The notes beneath the pieces are model-generated. The model was not told the DNA's origin, searched no databases, and was given only the letters and a program-made list of their open reading frames with translations. Source: an uncultured Gemmatimonadales bacterium (GTDB taxonomy: Bacteria > Gemmatimonadota > Glassbacteria > GWA2-58-10). Taken from it: DNA of 64,000 nt. The stretch spans positions 3,892-67,891 of the forward strand of contig CAZJQI010000016.1 of assembly GCA_964548275.1 (NCBI GenBank). The letters are read 5' to 3'. A program made the translations under genes and the position numbers. Positions 37,190-47,285 of the stretch are shown here, one piece after another. Position 1 is the stretch's first letter, and the number at the start of each line of letters is the position of its first letter.

Positions 37190-40177
37190 ATGATTCATCG
37201 CATCGAGGTAGGGTTCAAACTGGATGTTACAGATGCTCTGGGAGATTCTGTCGCCCGCTCCGTGGCCGAAGACCTGGGGCTGAAAGCCGACAGGGTGAGA
37301 ACTGTTTCGGTCTATACGATAAATATCGATTTTTCGGCTGAGGAGCTCCTCCGGCTGGGAAACGAGCTTTTCGCAGATCCGGTTATCCAGCATTTCAGCC
37401 TGAATGAGCCTCTTTACCCGCACGGCGATTTCGACTGGCTGCTCGAGGTAGGTTTCCGTCCCGGGGTAACCGATAATGTTGGCCATTCTGCAGCGCAGGG
37501 GATGCAGGATATGCTGGGGAGGGAGCTCCAATCCGGGGAGGGTTTTTTTACCAGCCGCCAGTACCTTTTTCACGGCGAGCTCATGCGGGCGGACGTGGAG
37601 CATATCGCCTCCGGCCTTCTGGCAAACGATCTGATAGAACGCTGGCAGATTATCAGTCGGGACGAATGGCGCAGCGGAGCGAGAATAGAGCCTTCCGCAC
37701 CGGTGGTTATCTCCTCGGAGGCCGCCCAGATGAAAGAATACGACCTCGAGGTAGCCGACAGCGAGCTGATACGTATCTCGGAAGCAGGTGTTCTTTCCCT
37801 AACTCTTGAAGAGATGAAAGCGATCCAGGCCTACTATCGGCGCTCTGACGTGCGCGCAAAACGCGCCGCGCTGGGCCTGGGCCCCAGGCCCACGGATGTC
37901 GAACTCGAAAGCATCGCCCAGACCTGGAGCGAGCACTGCAAGCACAAGATATTCAACTGCCTGATCGAATATGCCGAGGAGGGCAAGCCTCCGCTGAGTG
38001 TGGACAGCCTGTTTAAAACCTATATCAGCAAAGCGACCAGAGAGATCGCAAAAAAAATTGACTGGCTGGTCTCGGTGTTCCACGACAATGCCGGCGTGGT
38101 GGCATTCGATGAAAATTACTGCCTGTCCATGAAAGTGGAAACCCATAACAGTCCCTCGGCGCTCGACCCCTACGGCGGGGCGATAACCGGCATTGTAGGG
38201 GTCAATCGCGATATCCTCGGCACAGGCATCGGCTGCCGGATGATATTCAACACGGATGTGTTCTGCTTTGCGCGGCCGGACTACAACGAGCCGCTGCCCG
38301 GGCGGCTTCTGCATCCCAAACGTATATTCAAGGGCGTGCACCGCGGCGTGCGGGACGGCGGAAACCAGAGCGGGATCCCCACGGTCAACGGAGCGGTTGT
38401 TTTCGATCACCGCTACCGGGGCAAACCACTCGTTTTCTGCGGCACCGGCGGGATTATCCCGCGCGTTGTCGCCGGAAGACCGAGCCACGAAAAAGTGATC
38501 CTGCCTGGGGACCGCGTGGTAATGGTGGGTGGTAGAATCGGCAAGGACGGGATCCACGGCGCCACGTTCAGCAGTGTCGAACTCGATGAAAGCAGCCCTG
38601 CCTCGGCTGTGCAGATCGGGGATCCGATCACCCAGAAAAAGATGGCCGATTGTCTGATCGAGGCCCGTGATATGGGGCTGATCCGTACCCTGACCGACAA
38701 CGGAGCAGGAGGCCTGAGCAGCTCTGTGGGTGAACTGGCTCGCCTTTCCGGCGGCGCGGAACTTCACCTGGAAAAGGCCCCTCTCAAGTATGCCGGGCTC
38801 TCGCCCTGGGAAATCCTGCTCAGCGAGGCACAGGAGCGCATGACAGTGGCTGTGCCTCCTGAAAGTGTCAAAATTTTCATAGACCTCTGCCGCAGGAGAG
38901 AAGTAGAGGCCACAGACCTGGGCAATTTCACCGACTCAGGCATTTTCCACCTCCTGTATGATAGCCGAACTGTCGGGGCCCTTGACCTGGAGTTCCTTCA
39001 TGAGGGACTGCCCAGAATGAGGCTCCAGGCGAAATGGAAAAAGCCTCATTTTCCCCGGCCAGAATTGCCGCCTGATGGCGGCCGCCTGGACCAGACCATG
39101 CTTGATCTGCTGGCGCGCTTCAATATCTGCAGCAAGGAGGCGATAGTCCGCCAGTATGACCACGAGGTCCAGGCGATGAGCGTGGTCAAGCCGTTTACCG
39201 GCGCCCGCAACGATGGACCATCTGATGCGGCAGTGCTCAGGCCCGTACCGGGATCCAAACGCGGTGTGGTGGTCGGCTGCGGGATAATTCCGCGCTACAG
39301 CGATCTTGATACCTATAGTATGGTAGCTTGTGCGATAGACGAGGCTTTACGCAACGTGGTAGCCACTGGTGCCCGACCGGATAGGGTGGCAGGTCTGGAT
39401 AATTTCTGCTGGCCCGACCCGGTCCAATCGGAAAAAACCCCGGACGGGCATTATAAGCTGGCCCAGCTTGTGCGTGCCTGCCAGGCTCTTTATGATTATT
39501 GCATCGCCTTCGGGGTGCCCTGTATCAGCGGCAAGGATAGCATGAAAAACGATTACGGCAGCGGTGTGGATAAAATATCCATCCCGCCCACACTGCTTTT
39601 TACCGCTGTGGGTATCATCGATGACATCGATCTGGCGGTTACCGTGGATTTCAAGCGCCCCGGAGACATTGTCTATGTTGTGGGCGAAAGCTTCGGGGAA
39701 CTCGGAGGCAGCGAGTACTTTGCCATGCTCGGCGCAGTCGGACAGGGAGTGCCGGAAGTGGACGCCGTCCGTTCGCGAACTGTGTTCGAATGCTTGCATG
39801 AGGCGATAAAAGCCGGCCTTGTCTCCTCCTGCCACGATATATCAGACGGCGGGCTGGGCGTTGCCCTGGCCGAAAGCGCGATTGCCGCAGACCTGGGTGT
39901 GGAGGTGAATTTGTCGGATGTGCCGGGCGCACAGAATTTCGAGCGGGATGACTTTCTTCTTTTCAGCGAAAGCCAGGGTCGGTTCGTAGTCAGTGTCAGT
40001 CACGGCAAGCGGAAAGAATTCGAAAGGGTAATGTTCCCTGTGGCTCACCGGGCGGTGGGTGAGGTTACCGCGGAGGGGATATTCAAAATCAGGAGCATCA
40101 AACCGGGTAGTCCGGAAATAATCAGCCTGCAGGTGGACTCTTTGCGCAGATCGTGGAAAAAGCCGCTGGACTGGTAG
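37190..40177 (+). CDS. purL: phosphoribosylformylglycinamidine synthase subunit L with a fused PurS-like N-terminus
   Basis: QTWSEHCKHKIF, KVETHNSPSALDPYGGA, DNGAGGLSSS, SEAQERM, ISGKDSM, CHDISDGGL. Confidence 0.96.
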   Translation: MIHRIEVGFKLDVTDALGDSVARSVAEDLGLKADRVRTVSVYTINIDFSAEELLRLGNELFADPVIQHFSLNEPLYPHGDFDWLLEVGFRPGVTDNVGHSAAQGMQDMLGRELQSGEGFFTSRQYLFHGELMRADVEHIASGLLANDLIERWQIISRDEWRSGARIEPSAPVVISSEAAQMKEYDLEVADSELIRISEAGVLSLTLEEMKAIQAYYRRSDVRAKRAALGLGPRPTDVELESIAQTWSEHCKHKIFNCLIEYAEEGKPPLSVDSLFKTYISKATREIAKKIDWLVSVFHDNAGVVAFDENYCLSMKVETHNSPSALDPYGGAITGIVGVNRDILGTGIGCRMIFNTDVFCFARPDYNEPLPGRLLHPKRIFKGVHRGVRDGGNQSGIPTVNGAVVFDHRYRGKPLVFCGTGGIIPRVVAGRPSHEKVILPGDRVVMVGGRIGKDGIHGATFSSVELDESSPASAVQIGDPITQKKMADCLIEARDMGLIRTLTDNGAGGLSSSVGELARLSGGAELHLEKAPLKYAGLSPWEILLSEAQERMTVAVPPESVKIFIDLCRRREVEATDLGNFTDSGIFHLLYDSRTVGALDLEFLHEGLPRMRLQAKWKKPHFPRPELPPDGGRLDQTMLDLLARFNICSKEAIVRQYDHEVQAMSVVKPFTGARNDGPSDAAVLRPVPGSKRGVVVGCGIIPRYSDLDTYSMVACAIDEALRNVVATGARPDRVAGLDNFCWPDPVQSEKTPDGHYKLAQLVRACQALYDYCIAFGVPCISGKDSMKNDYGSGVDKISIPPTLLFTAVGIIDDIDLAVTVDFKRPGDIVYVVGESFGELGGSEYFAMLGAVGQGVPEVDAVRSRTVFECLHEAIKAGLVSSCHDISDGGLGVALAESAIAADLGVEVNLSDVPGAQNFERDDFLLFSESQGRFVVSVSHGKRKEFERVMFPVAHRAVGEVTAEGIFKIRSIKPGSPEIISLQVDSLRRSWKKPLDW

Positions 40178-40280
40178 TATGCGGGAGGCGATAAGAAAGG
40201 AAAAAATATCCTCTTTTCCAGGGAAATATTTACCATTGGCTTGACAAAACAAGGGCGGATGATTGCCCCCTGGCAGGCTC

Positions 40281-40466
40281 TTAAAGCTGGGGATATGAAA
40301 AAGAAAGGGCCAGTAAAAAAAGTCCGAGCAGGATGAAGAAATACAGGAGAGTTGCCAGGCTGTCGGCACTCTCGTTTTTGAAATCCTGCCAGACCTCTCT
40401 GAAAAACTTGCCGATTATTGCTATATGTTTTCGTTTTTTTGGGTTCATGATTTGATTCACTAACAT
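40281..40466 (-). CDS. possible small membrane protein
   Basis: 61 aa with a basic/amphipathic N-terminal half and a C-terminal TM helix. It fills the purL-purQ gap on the opposite strand. Confidence 0.4.
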   Translation of the reverse strand: MLVNQIMNPKKRKHIAIIGKFFREVWQDFKNESADSLATLLYFFILLGLFLLALSFSYPQL

Positions 40467-40527
40467 GGCAAGTACCGTTCCAGTATATATTTGCGAATTA
40501 TAAAGCGGGATCCGGAAGGAGATTCAA

Positions 40528-41310
40528 ATGGCGGAACCCCGGGCTGTGGTTTTAACCGGTTTCGGTATCAACTGTGATTACGAGACCCAAGATGCGTTCA
40601 TCCTGGCCGGGGCTGAGGCTGACCGGGTACATGTCAACGACCTGATAGAAAGCTCTACGATTCTAAGCCGTTACCAGATTCTCGCTGTGCCGGGTGGCTT
40701 CTCATTCGGCGACGATATCGCCTCCGGCAAGGTGCTGGCGAACAAGCTGAAATATCGTATGGGAGAGGCCTTTCTGAAATTCTTGCTGAAAGACAGCCTG
40801 GTGATCGGTATCTGCAATGGTTTTCAGGTGCTGGTGCGCCTGGGAGTCCTTCCCGGCGGAGAAGAGGGAGTCGCCGAACAGAAAGCCACATTGACCTATA
40901 ATGACTCTGGAAAATTCGAGGACCGGTGGGTCAGACTCGAGGCAGTGCAGGAAAGCCCCTGTGTTTTTACCCGGGGCCTGAAACGGATCGAACTGCCGGT
41001 GCGTCATGGGGAGGGCAAGTTTTGCACCGACGACAGCGCCTTTCTGGCTCAGCTCAACTGCAACGGCCAGGTAGTGCTGCATTACACCGATGCTGACGGC
41101 AGCCGACCCGCACCGTATCCGGCAAACCCCAACGGTTCCGAGGAAGATATCGCCGGGATCTGCGACCCTAGCGGGCGGGTTTTCGGTCTGATGCCCCACC
41201 CGGAAGCCTTTATCCACCGTTACCATCACCCGCGCTGGACAAGGGAGGATGGAGCCGATGAGGGTCAGGGACTGGCGATATTCCGTAACGCTGTGGATTA
41301 TTTCAATTGA
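40528..41310 (+). CDS. purQ: phosphoribosylformylglycinamidine synthase glutaminase subunit
   Basis: GFGINCD, PGGFSFGD, IGICNGFQ, HGEG, PANPNGS, GLMPHPE. Confidence 0.96.
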   Translation: MAEPRAVVLTGFGINCDYETQDAFILAGAEADRVHVNDLIESSTILSRYQILAVPGGFSFGDDIASGKVLANKLKYRMGEAFLKFLLKDSLVIGICNGFQVLVRLGVLPGGEEGVAEQKATLTYNDSGKFEDRWVRLEAVQESPCVFTRGLKRIELPVRHGEGKFCTDDSAFLAQLNCNGQVVLHYTDADGSRPAPYPANPNGSEEDIAGICDPSGRVFGLMPHPEAFIHRYHHPRWTREDGADEGQGLAIFRNAVDYFN

Positions 41311-41342
41311 TTTATTGAACTACTTGCGCCAAAAAGAGAACT

Positions 41343-42110
41343 TTGACCATGCCGTTTCCTCAGTGGTTTGACAAAAAATTCGGCCCCCATACGATTGAAC
41401 TTTACCAGGATGAAATTCGCCACACTCCCAGGCAACTGGAAACCCTGAAAGCCTTTCTCGGCCCGCCCGGTGAAAAGCAGGTGCTCGATATCTGCTGCGG
41501 CTGGGGGAGGCATGCCTTGCCGCTTGCCAGGATGGGTTATACGGTGGTTGGACTGGATGGCTCGAGTTATTTCCTGGAAAGGGCCCGGCGCGAGTTAAAT
41601 GACCAAAAAAAGACGCGGCTTTCTCTTCTGCGGGGTGACATGTGCATCCTTCCCTTTCAGAAAGGCTCGTTCGCCGCCGCGATACAGATGTACACCTCAT
41701 TCGGCTATGGCACCGATCCGGAGGACGATCGCCGTGTGCTTAACGAGTTAAATCGGATCCTTCAGCCCAGGGGCACCTACCTGCTCGACCTGATTAACTG
41801 GACCCTTGCGCGTAAAGCATTTGACGGCCGCTATGAGGAGTCATACCCGAATTTCGATCTGGTCGAGCAATGCAGGATCGATCCGCAAAGAAATTTTCTG
41901 AAAGTGAAACGAGCCCTGCTTTACCGGGACGGCCGAGAGCCGCATCTCTACAATTTCGAGATTCGCATGTTTGACCGAATGAGCCTTACCCGCCTGCTGG
42001 AGGAAACCGGCTTCGAGGTCCTGGATGTGTGGGGTAATTTCGATTGTTCGCCTTACAGGCCGCGGAAATCTTACCGGATGATCACTGTCTGCCGGAAGAG
42101 GAGTGACTAG
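41343..42110 (+). CDS. class I SAM-dependent methyltransferase
   Basis: VLDICCGWGRH, GDM and YTSFGY motifs. Confidence 0.9.
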   Translation: MTMPFPQWFDKKFGPHTIELYQDEIRHTPRQLETLKAFLGPPGEKQVLDICCGWGRHALPLARMGYTVVGLDGSSYFLERARRELNDQKKTRLSLLRGDMCILPFQKGSFAAAIQMYTSFGYGTDPEDDRRVLNELNRILQPRGTYLLDLINWTLARKAFDGRYEESYPNFDLVEQCRIDPQRNFLKVKRALLYRDGREPHLYNFEIRMFDRMSLTRLLEETGFEVLDVWGNFDCSPYRPRKSYRMITVCRKRSD

Positions 42111-42955
42111 TGGCGGATCGGAGCATACTTATTACCGGCGGAAGCGGGTTTCTCGGCAGTGTTTTGGCGCGCGAGGCCGCGAGACAGGATTACGAGGTGT
42201 GGGCAACATACCTGCATAACTCTCCGCCTGAGGCTGAAATGGTTCGGCAGGTACATCTCGACATTCGGAACGAGAGTGCAATCGCCAGTCTTTTAAACCT
42301 GGTTAATCCTCAGATTGTGATCCATACTGCTTACAGTCAGAATGACCGCGAGGTGACTTTCGGAGGCACTGCAAAGCTGGTCTCTTGCTGCCGCAGGCTG
42401 CAGGAGACACCATATTTCATATTTATCTCGACCGACCTTGTATTCGAGGGGAAAAAAGGCAACTGCACCGAGAACGATCTGCCTGTGCCTGTGATGAACT
42501 ACGGTCGGGACAAGCTCGATGCCGAAAGGCTGGTCGCCGAGGAGTTGCCGGGAGCATTGATCGCCAGAAGTTCTCTTTTTTACGACCTCGAGCGTGTACC
42601 TACCCACCTTCAGTTTGCAGTGGATGCAGCCCGCTCAGGCCGGGAGTGCGTATTTTTCCAGGATGAGTACCGTTCGCCTGTCCTGGTGGCGGAGCTTGTC
42701 GATGCGCTGCTCAAGCTGGCAGAAATCAGGTGCAGCGGACTGCTTCACATGGCAGGCGCTGACCGGGTAAGTCGCTGGTGGTTCGGCCTGAGGCTCCTTC
42801 GGGCTCTGGGTTTCCCGACCCGCAAAGTGAACGCAGGGTCTGTAAAGGATATTCAGTCACCAAGGCCGGCAGACTGTTCGCTTGACAGCTCGAGGGCTGA
42901 AAAGCTGCTTGGGATGCGTTTCCGAGGTGCAAAAGCTGTCTTAGGCGATATGTAA
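42110..42955 (+). CDS. RmlD-like extended SDR (dTDP-4-dehydrorhamnose reductase family)
   Basis: ITGGSGFLG, ISTDLVFEG, YGRDK, DEYRSP, RPADCSLDSSRA. Confidence 0.85.
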   Translation: MADRSILITGGSGFLGSVLAREAARQDYEVWATYLHNSPPEAEMVRQVHLDIRNESAIASLLNLVNPQIVIHTAYSQNDREVTFGGTAKLVSCCRRLQETPYFIFISTDLVFEGKKGNCTENDLPVPVMNYGRDKLDAERLVAEELPGALIARSSLFYDLERVPTHLQFAVDAARSGRECVFFQDEYRSPVLVAELVDALLKLAEIRCSGLLHMAGADRVSRWWFGLRLLRALGFPTRKVNAGSVKDIQSPRPADCSLDSSRAEKLLGMRFRGAKAVLGDM

Positions 42956-42971
42956 AAAAGAGGGAGAGCAC

Positions 42972-43574
42972 ATGAACCCGCTGGAGTTCAAACCCATAGG
43001 GCCCAAGGCACGGAAAGAAATTATCGACTATATCAAGTCGCGTATCGATGAAGCCGACCCCGGGAAACTGCGTGAGGCCCTTTTGAGTATAGGCTGGGTC
43101 GAGGATGCTGAGGAGCTTGCCGGGCCGCTGATGGTGCTGGTTACCGAGGGAAAACCGGAGGTTGCCCTGGCTGCGCTCGAGGGCCTGGCGCAACTGGGAA
43201 TCCGGGCAAGCGAAAATCCCCTCGCCAGGCATATAGTGGATCTTTTCAAAGGGGGCGATCCCGCTTACAGCCGGGTTCGCACCGAGTGTATCCGTGTGAT
43301 GGGCAAGGTGGGCACGAAACATTGCGTGGGCTTTCTGGCCGAAATCGTGAAAAAGCCGAAACCGGTAACTCCCGAGGACAAGGAGGCCGCGGTCGAGGCG
43401 CTTGTCTCCATGGCAGAAAGGCGGGTACACGGTATCAGCAATATACTCGAACAGTTGCGCACACTCACTGAGGACAGAATTGTCAGGAAAGCGATTCACT
43501 GTGCGCTCAAGGAAATCAATCTCCAGAGGTGGGAGGAGCAGGGGTACCTGACAATCGAGGCCGAATTCGATTAG
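42972..43574 (+). CDS. HEAT-repeat protein
   Basis: Helical repeats EVALAALEGLAQLG, RVRTECIRVMGKVG, IVRKAIHCALKEI. Confidence 0.7.
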   Translation: MNPLEFKPIGPKARKEIIDYIKSRIDEADPGKLREALLSIGWVEDAEELAGPLMVLVTEGKPEVALAALEGLAQLGIRASENPLARHIVDLFKGGDPAYSRVRTECIRVMGKVGTKHCVGFLAEIVKKPKPVTPEDKEAAVEALVSMAERRVHGISNILEQLRTLTEDRIVRKAIHCALKEINLQRWEEQGYLTIEAEFD

Positions 43575-43788
43575 CAAGACAACTCGAACCAATGAAAGAA
43601 GAAATACAATTCGGTCCGCAGGTTTTTTGGACCTTCGGTGACGCTACTCTCCTTCAAGATAAGATAGTCGTCTTTGCCCGCCGTGATTCGGGTTGGTACA
43701 AATATTGCCAATTTAAAAAACCGTAACAGGACGGAATTTTTATTTGGTAGGAGTTCAAAATCTAAACCTTTCAAAAGTGATACAGAAC

Positions 43789-44769
43789 ATGGATCTGAAC
43801 GGAAAAAGCATTCTTGTCACAGGGGGTACCGGTTCGTTCGGCCAGAGGTGCTGCCTGACACTCGCCCGGAGGTACGATCTGGAAAGATTGATAATTTTCA
43901 GCCGGGATGAGGAAAAACAGTTCGAGATGATGGCCAGGTTCAATGGGGACAATCTGAGTTACGTTATCGGGGATGTGAGGGACCGCAGAAGGCTGCTGGA
44001 GGCTGCCGAGGGCGTACATGTGATTATTCATGCCGCCGCCCTGAAACAGGTTCCGCAAGCCGAATATAATCCCTATGAGTACGTGAAAACAAATATTATG
44101 GGAACCCAGAACGTAATCGAGGTTGCCTGTGAAACAGGTGTGGAACGGGTGATAACCACAAGCACGGACAAGGCGGTAAACCCGCTGAACCATTACGGGG
44201 CCACAAAACTATGCGCGGACAAACTCTTTATCGCTGCAAATTATTCCAGATCCAAACGCAAAATAAGATTCGCCTGTGTGCGGATGGGCAATCTTATCGG
44301 CAGCCGGGGCAGTGTGATCCCGATTATCAGGAAGATGAGCGAAAGCGGTAAGGTGACAGTAACCGATCCCCGGATGAACAGATTCTGGCTTACCCTGGAC
44401 AAGGCGGTGGATTTCGTGCTGGCGCGCGTTCAGGATATGCAGGGAGGCGAGGTGTTCGTACCCCTGACTCCCACGATGAAATTAACCGATCTGGTGGAGG
44501 CTGTAGCCCCGGGATGCAAACTGAAGGTTTCCGGGATCCGCTCGGGAGAGAAACTGGACGAGATCCTGATCTCCAAACATGAGGCCAGGCAGACTGTCAG
44601 GTTCAAGGATTATTTCGCGGTCCTTCCGGATTACGCCGATGTCGCCGAATATGCAGCCTCCACCGGCTCTACACCGGTTGAGGAGGATTTTGAGTACTCC
44701 AGTACAGATTTCTCACTTGAGATGGGTATAGAGCAGATGAGAAAGATTTTGCAGAAAGAAGGCATATAA
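43789..44769 (+). CDS. pseB: UDP-N-acetylglucosamine 4,6-dehydratase (PseB/FlaA1-like)
   Basis: LVTGGTGSFG, SRDEEKQ, HAAALKQVP..EYNP, STDKAVNP.N.YGATKL, GSRGSVIP, GEKLDE. Confidence 0.85.
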   Translation: MDLNGKSILVTGGTGSFGQRCCLTLARRYDLERLIIFSRDEEKQFEMMARFNGDNLSYVIGDVRDRRRLLEAAEGVHVIIHAAALKQVPQAEYNPYEYVKTNIMGTQNVIEVACETGVERVITTSTDKAVNPLNHYGATKLCADKLFIAANYSRSKRKIRFACVRMGNLIGSRGSVIPIIRKMSESGKVTVTDPRMNRFWLTLDKAVDFVLARVQDMQGGEVFVPLTPTMKLTDLVEAVAPGCKLKVSGIRSGEKLDEILISKHEARQTVRFKDYFAVLPDYADVAEYAASTGSTPVEEDFEYSSTDFSLEMGIEQMRKILQKEGI

Positions 44770-45039
44770 TATCCATAATTAACTATTTGCAAAGAAGTTA
44801 GTTTGAAAAAACCAAAAATGATCTATCTTTTCTCAAAGGAATAACCGGCAAATTCTCCCACCCTGATTTACCCGGATATTTCATGACAACGCAGTCAAAT
44901 GTTGCTTGATACCCTGCTAAGCTCTCGCGCTAAAGTATATACTATTAAAATAGATAAATAATGTTGTAGCGCGAGTTATCGCGTTTATGTATATATTGAA
45001 GAGATCTTTCAATCCTTACTTTTTAGCAATGAAAAACAA

Positions 45040-46077
45040 ATGAACAATAATGTGAAATCTGAAAAAATGCCCCGGGTTAGCGTGCTGATGTCGGTTTACA
45101 ACGGTGAGCGGTTTTTGAAAAGCGCGATTGAAAGTATTCTTGACCAGACATTCACTGATTTCGAATTCCTGATCCTCGATGACGGCTCGACCGATTCGAC
45201 CTGGGAGATTCTCGAAAAATATGCAGACAAAGACGAGCGGGTCCTCCTGGTTCGCAATGAACATAATATCGGCCTTACCAGATCTCTTAATAAAGGCCTG
45301 AGACTTGCCCGGGGCGAGTACCTGGCCCGCCAGGATGCGGATGACATATCACTGCCGAAACGTCTGGAATTGCAGGTAAAATTCTTGGATATGAATCCGG
45401 AAGTCGGTGTGGTGGGCACAGGCATGGAGATAATTGATGAGAATGGCAAGATTTTAAGACTGCAGCAGCCGCCTACCGATCACGAATCAATAACAGCAGA
45501 ACTACTCCTGAAAAACCATGCGATAGGCCACTCAACAGTTATGGCCAAGCTTAGTGCTCTGAAAGAATTCGGAGGATATAACGAAAGATTGCCTTATGCA
45601 CAGGATTATGATCTCTGGTGGTGCCTGAGCCGAAAGAGAAAAATCGGCAACCTGCCGGAGATTCTTGTCCAGTGGCGGGATACTCTAGGGAGTATTTCAA
45701 GAAAGCGCAGAGAAGAGCAGCTTGAATGTATTTTTACTGTTTCTCTAAAAGCTATCAGGGAGAGCCTGAAAGATAAAACTCTGGATGAGGAGGCTTATCG
45801 CAGGTTCTGGTGGGCATATCACGGATATATTGATAAGCTTCAAAAAGGCGACATACAGTGTCTTGAGCCTCTCTGGGCTCTGCTGGCTTCCCAAAAAACC
45901 AAAATTACGAACATTTCTCTGGGATTGAAAGGCCTGTTTTATAACCTTGTCAGACACAGAAAATGGAAAGAGGCTCTGGCACTGATAAGAGTCCTGCGCA
46001 AATGTTTAAGTTTACAGTTGAGCTGGCTTCAGATCGTAAGAAGCCTCACTGCATCCCTGGTTATGCCTGAGAAATAG
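45040..46077 (+). CDS. glycosyltransferase family 2
   Basis: VSVLMSVYNGE, DDGSTD, ARQDADD, QDYDLW. Confidence 0.93.
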   Translation: MNNNVKSEKMPRVSVLMSVYNGERFLKSAIESILDQTFTDFEFLILDDGSTDSTWEILEKYADKDERVLLVRNEHNIGLTRSLNKGLRLARGEYLARQDADDISLPKRLELQVKFLDMNPEVGVVGTGMEIIDENGKILRLQQPPTDHESITAELLLKNHAIGHSTVMAKLSALKEFGGYNERLPYAQDYDLWWCLSRKRKIGNLPEILVQWRDTLGSISRKRREEQLECIFTVSLKAIRESLKDKTLDEEAYRRFWWAYHGYIDKLQKGDIQCLEPLWALLASQKTKITNISLGLKGLFYNLVRHRKWKEALALIRVLRKCLSLQLSWLQIVRSLTASLVMPEK

Positions 46078-46165
46078 CAGTTTTATTCCAGCCCGCAGAA
46101 AAAAGCCGGATTTTTTTTGTCGGATAGTCCAGTCGCTAAGCACATTTAAGGTTTTTCGAGCTGCG

Positions 46166-46981
46166 ATGAAAACATATTACGACAGGAAACAAAAGCGCTT
46201 GATTTATTTCGGCAAAAAGCCCTCCCGCCAATTCTGGGACTCTCATTGGGACAGGGTCGAGACTGATGTTGCCGGGATAGTTGAAACCACCAGGACGTTT
46301 GCCACCCTGATAACACAGAGATATCTGAAGCCCGAGCACGGGATAATCCTCGAAGGAGGATGCGGGAGGGGCCAAAACGTAGCAGCCCTGGTCAACAACG
46401 GTTACAGATGCATTGGAATAGACTGGGCCGAAAAGACTGTATCAATCCTTAACAAATACGCTCCAGAACTGGATATCAGGCAAGGTGATGTAAGAAAACT
46501 GTCGTTTCCGGATAACTATTTTGCAGGTTATTGGTCGGTGGGAGTGATTGAACATTTCTGGGAGGGATACGAGCCGATCGCCAGGGAGATGGCCCGGGTG
46601 ATCAAGCAAGGAGGATTTCTCTTTCTATCATTTCCCTATATGTCCCCACTCAGGAAATTGAAAGCGGTATTGGGTTTATATGAATCGTGGGAGGGTGAGC
46701 AGGCAGAGGGCGGATTTTATCAATTTGTCATTGAAAAGAACGGAGTGGCCGCTTATTTCGGGAAATTTGGTTTCAGCCTGGTCAGGACCTATCCCCATAG
46801 CAGCGTCAAGGGACTCAAGGACGAGGTTTCCCTGCTCAAACCCTGGTTACAGCATCTTTACGATTACAGTGGAAACAACCGCATGATAAATTTTCTCAAG
46901 AGTTATCTTTCGATTGCCCTGGCTCCGGTTACCAGCCACTGTATTTTGCTAGTTCTGAGAAACGCTAACAGCAATGGATAA
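46166..46981 (+). CDS. class I SAM-dependent methyltransferase
   Basis: ILEGGCGRG, GDVRKLSFPD, SVGVIEHF. Confidence 0.9.
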   Translation: MKTYYDRKQKRLIYFGKKPSRQFWDSHWDRVETDVAGIVETTRTFATLITQRYLKPEHGIILEGGCGRGQNVAALVNNGYRCIGIDWAEKTVSILNKYAPELDIRQGDVRKLSFPDNYFAGYWSVGVIEHFWEGYEPIAREMARVIKQGGFLFLSFPYMSPLRKLKAVLGLYESWEGEQAEGGFYQFVIEKNGVAAYFGKFGFSLVRTYPHSSVKGLKDEVSLLKPWLQHLYDYSGNNRMINFLKSYLSIALAPVTSHCILLVLRNANSNG

Positions 46982-47285
46982 TTGCTGCAAGTTAATTGCC
47001 GACGAGCGGGGATAAGATTCCGCCTCATGCCGGGTTAGCCCTTAGCTTTTTGTCCCCCCAGCACACAGGACCGCCCAGGTCTGATTTTTGCGGTCAATCT
47101 AACATAAAGACGGTTTACACAGTATCTTTTCTTTCGACTTAAAGATGTGTGTTGATTTGCTTTCAGCACAGATTAACCTTGACGTTTCTCGAGGCTGATT
47201 TCTAAATTATATAATACTTGGGACTTTCTGATATTCTGACATTCCAGGAATTTGCTGGAAAACTCTGCCTGAAAATAAATCCAGA

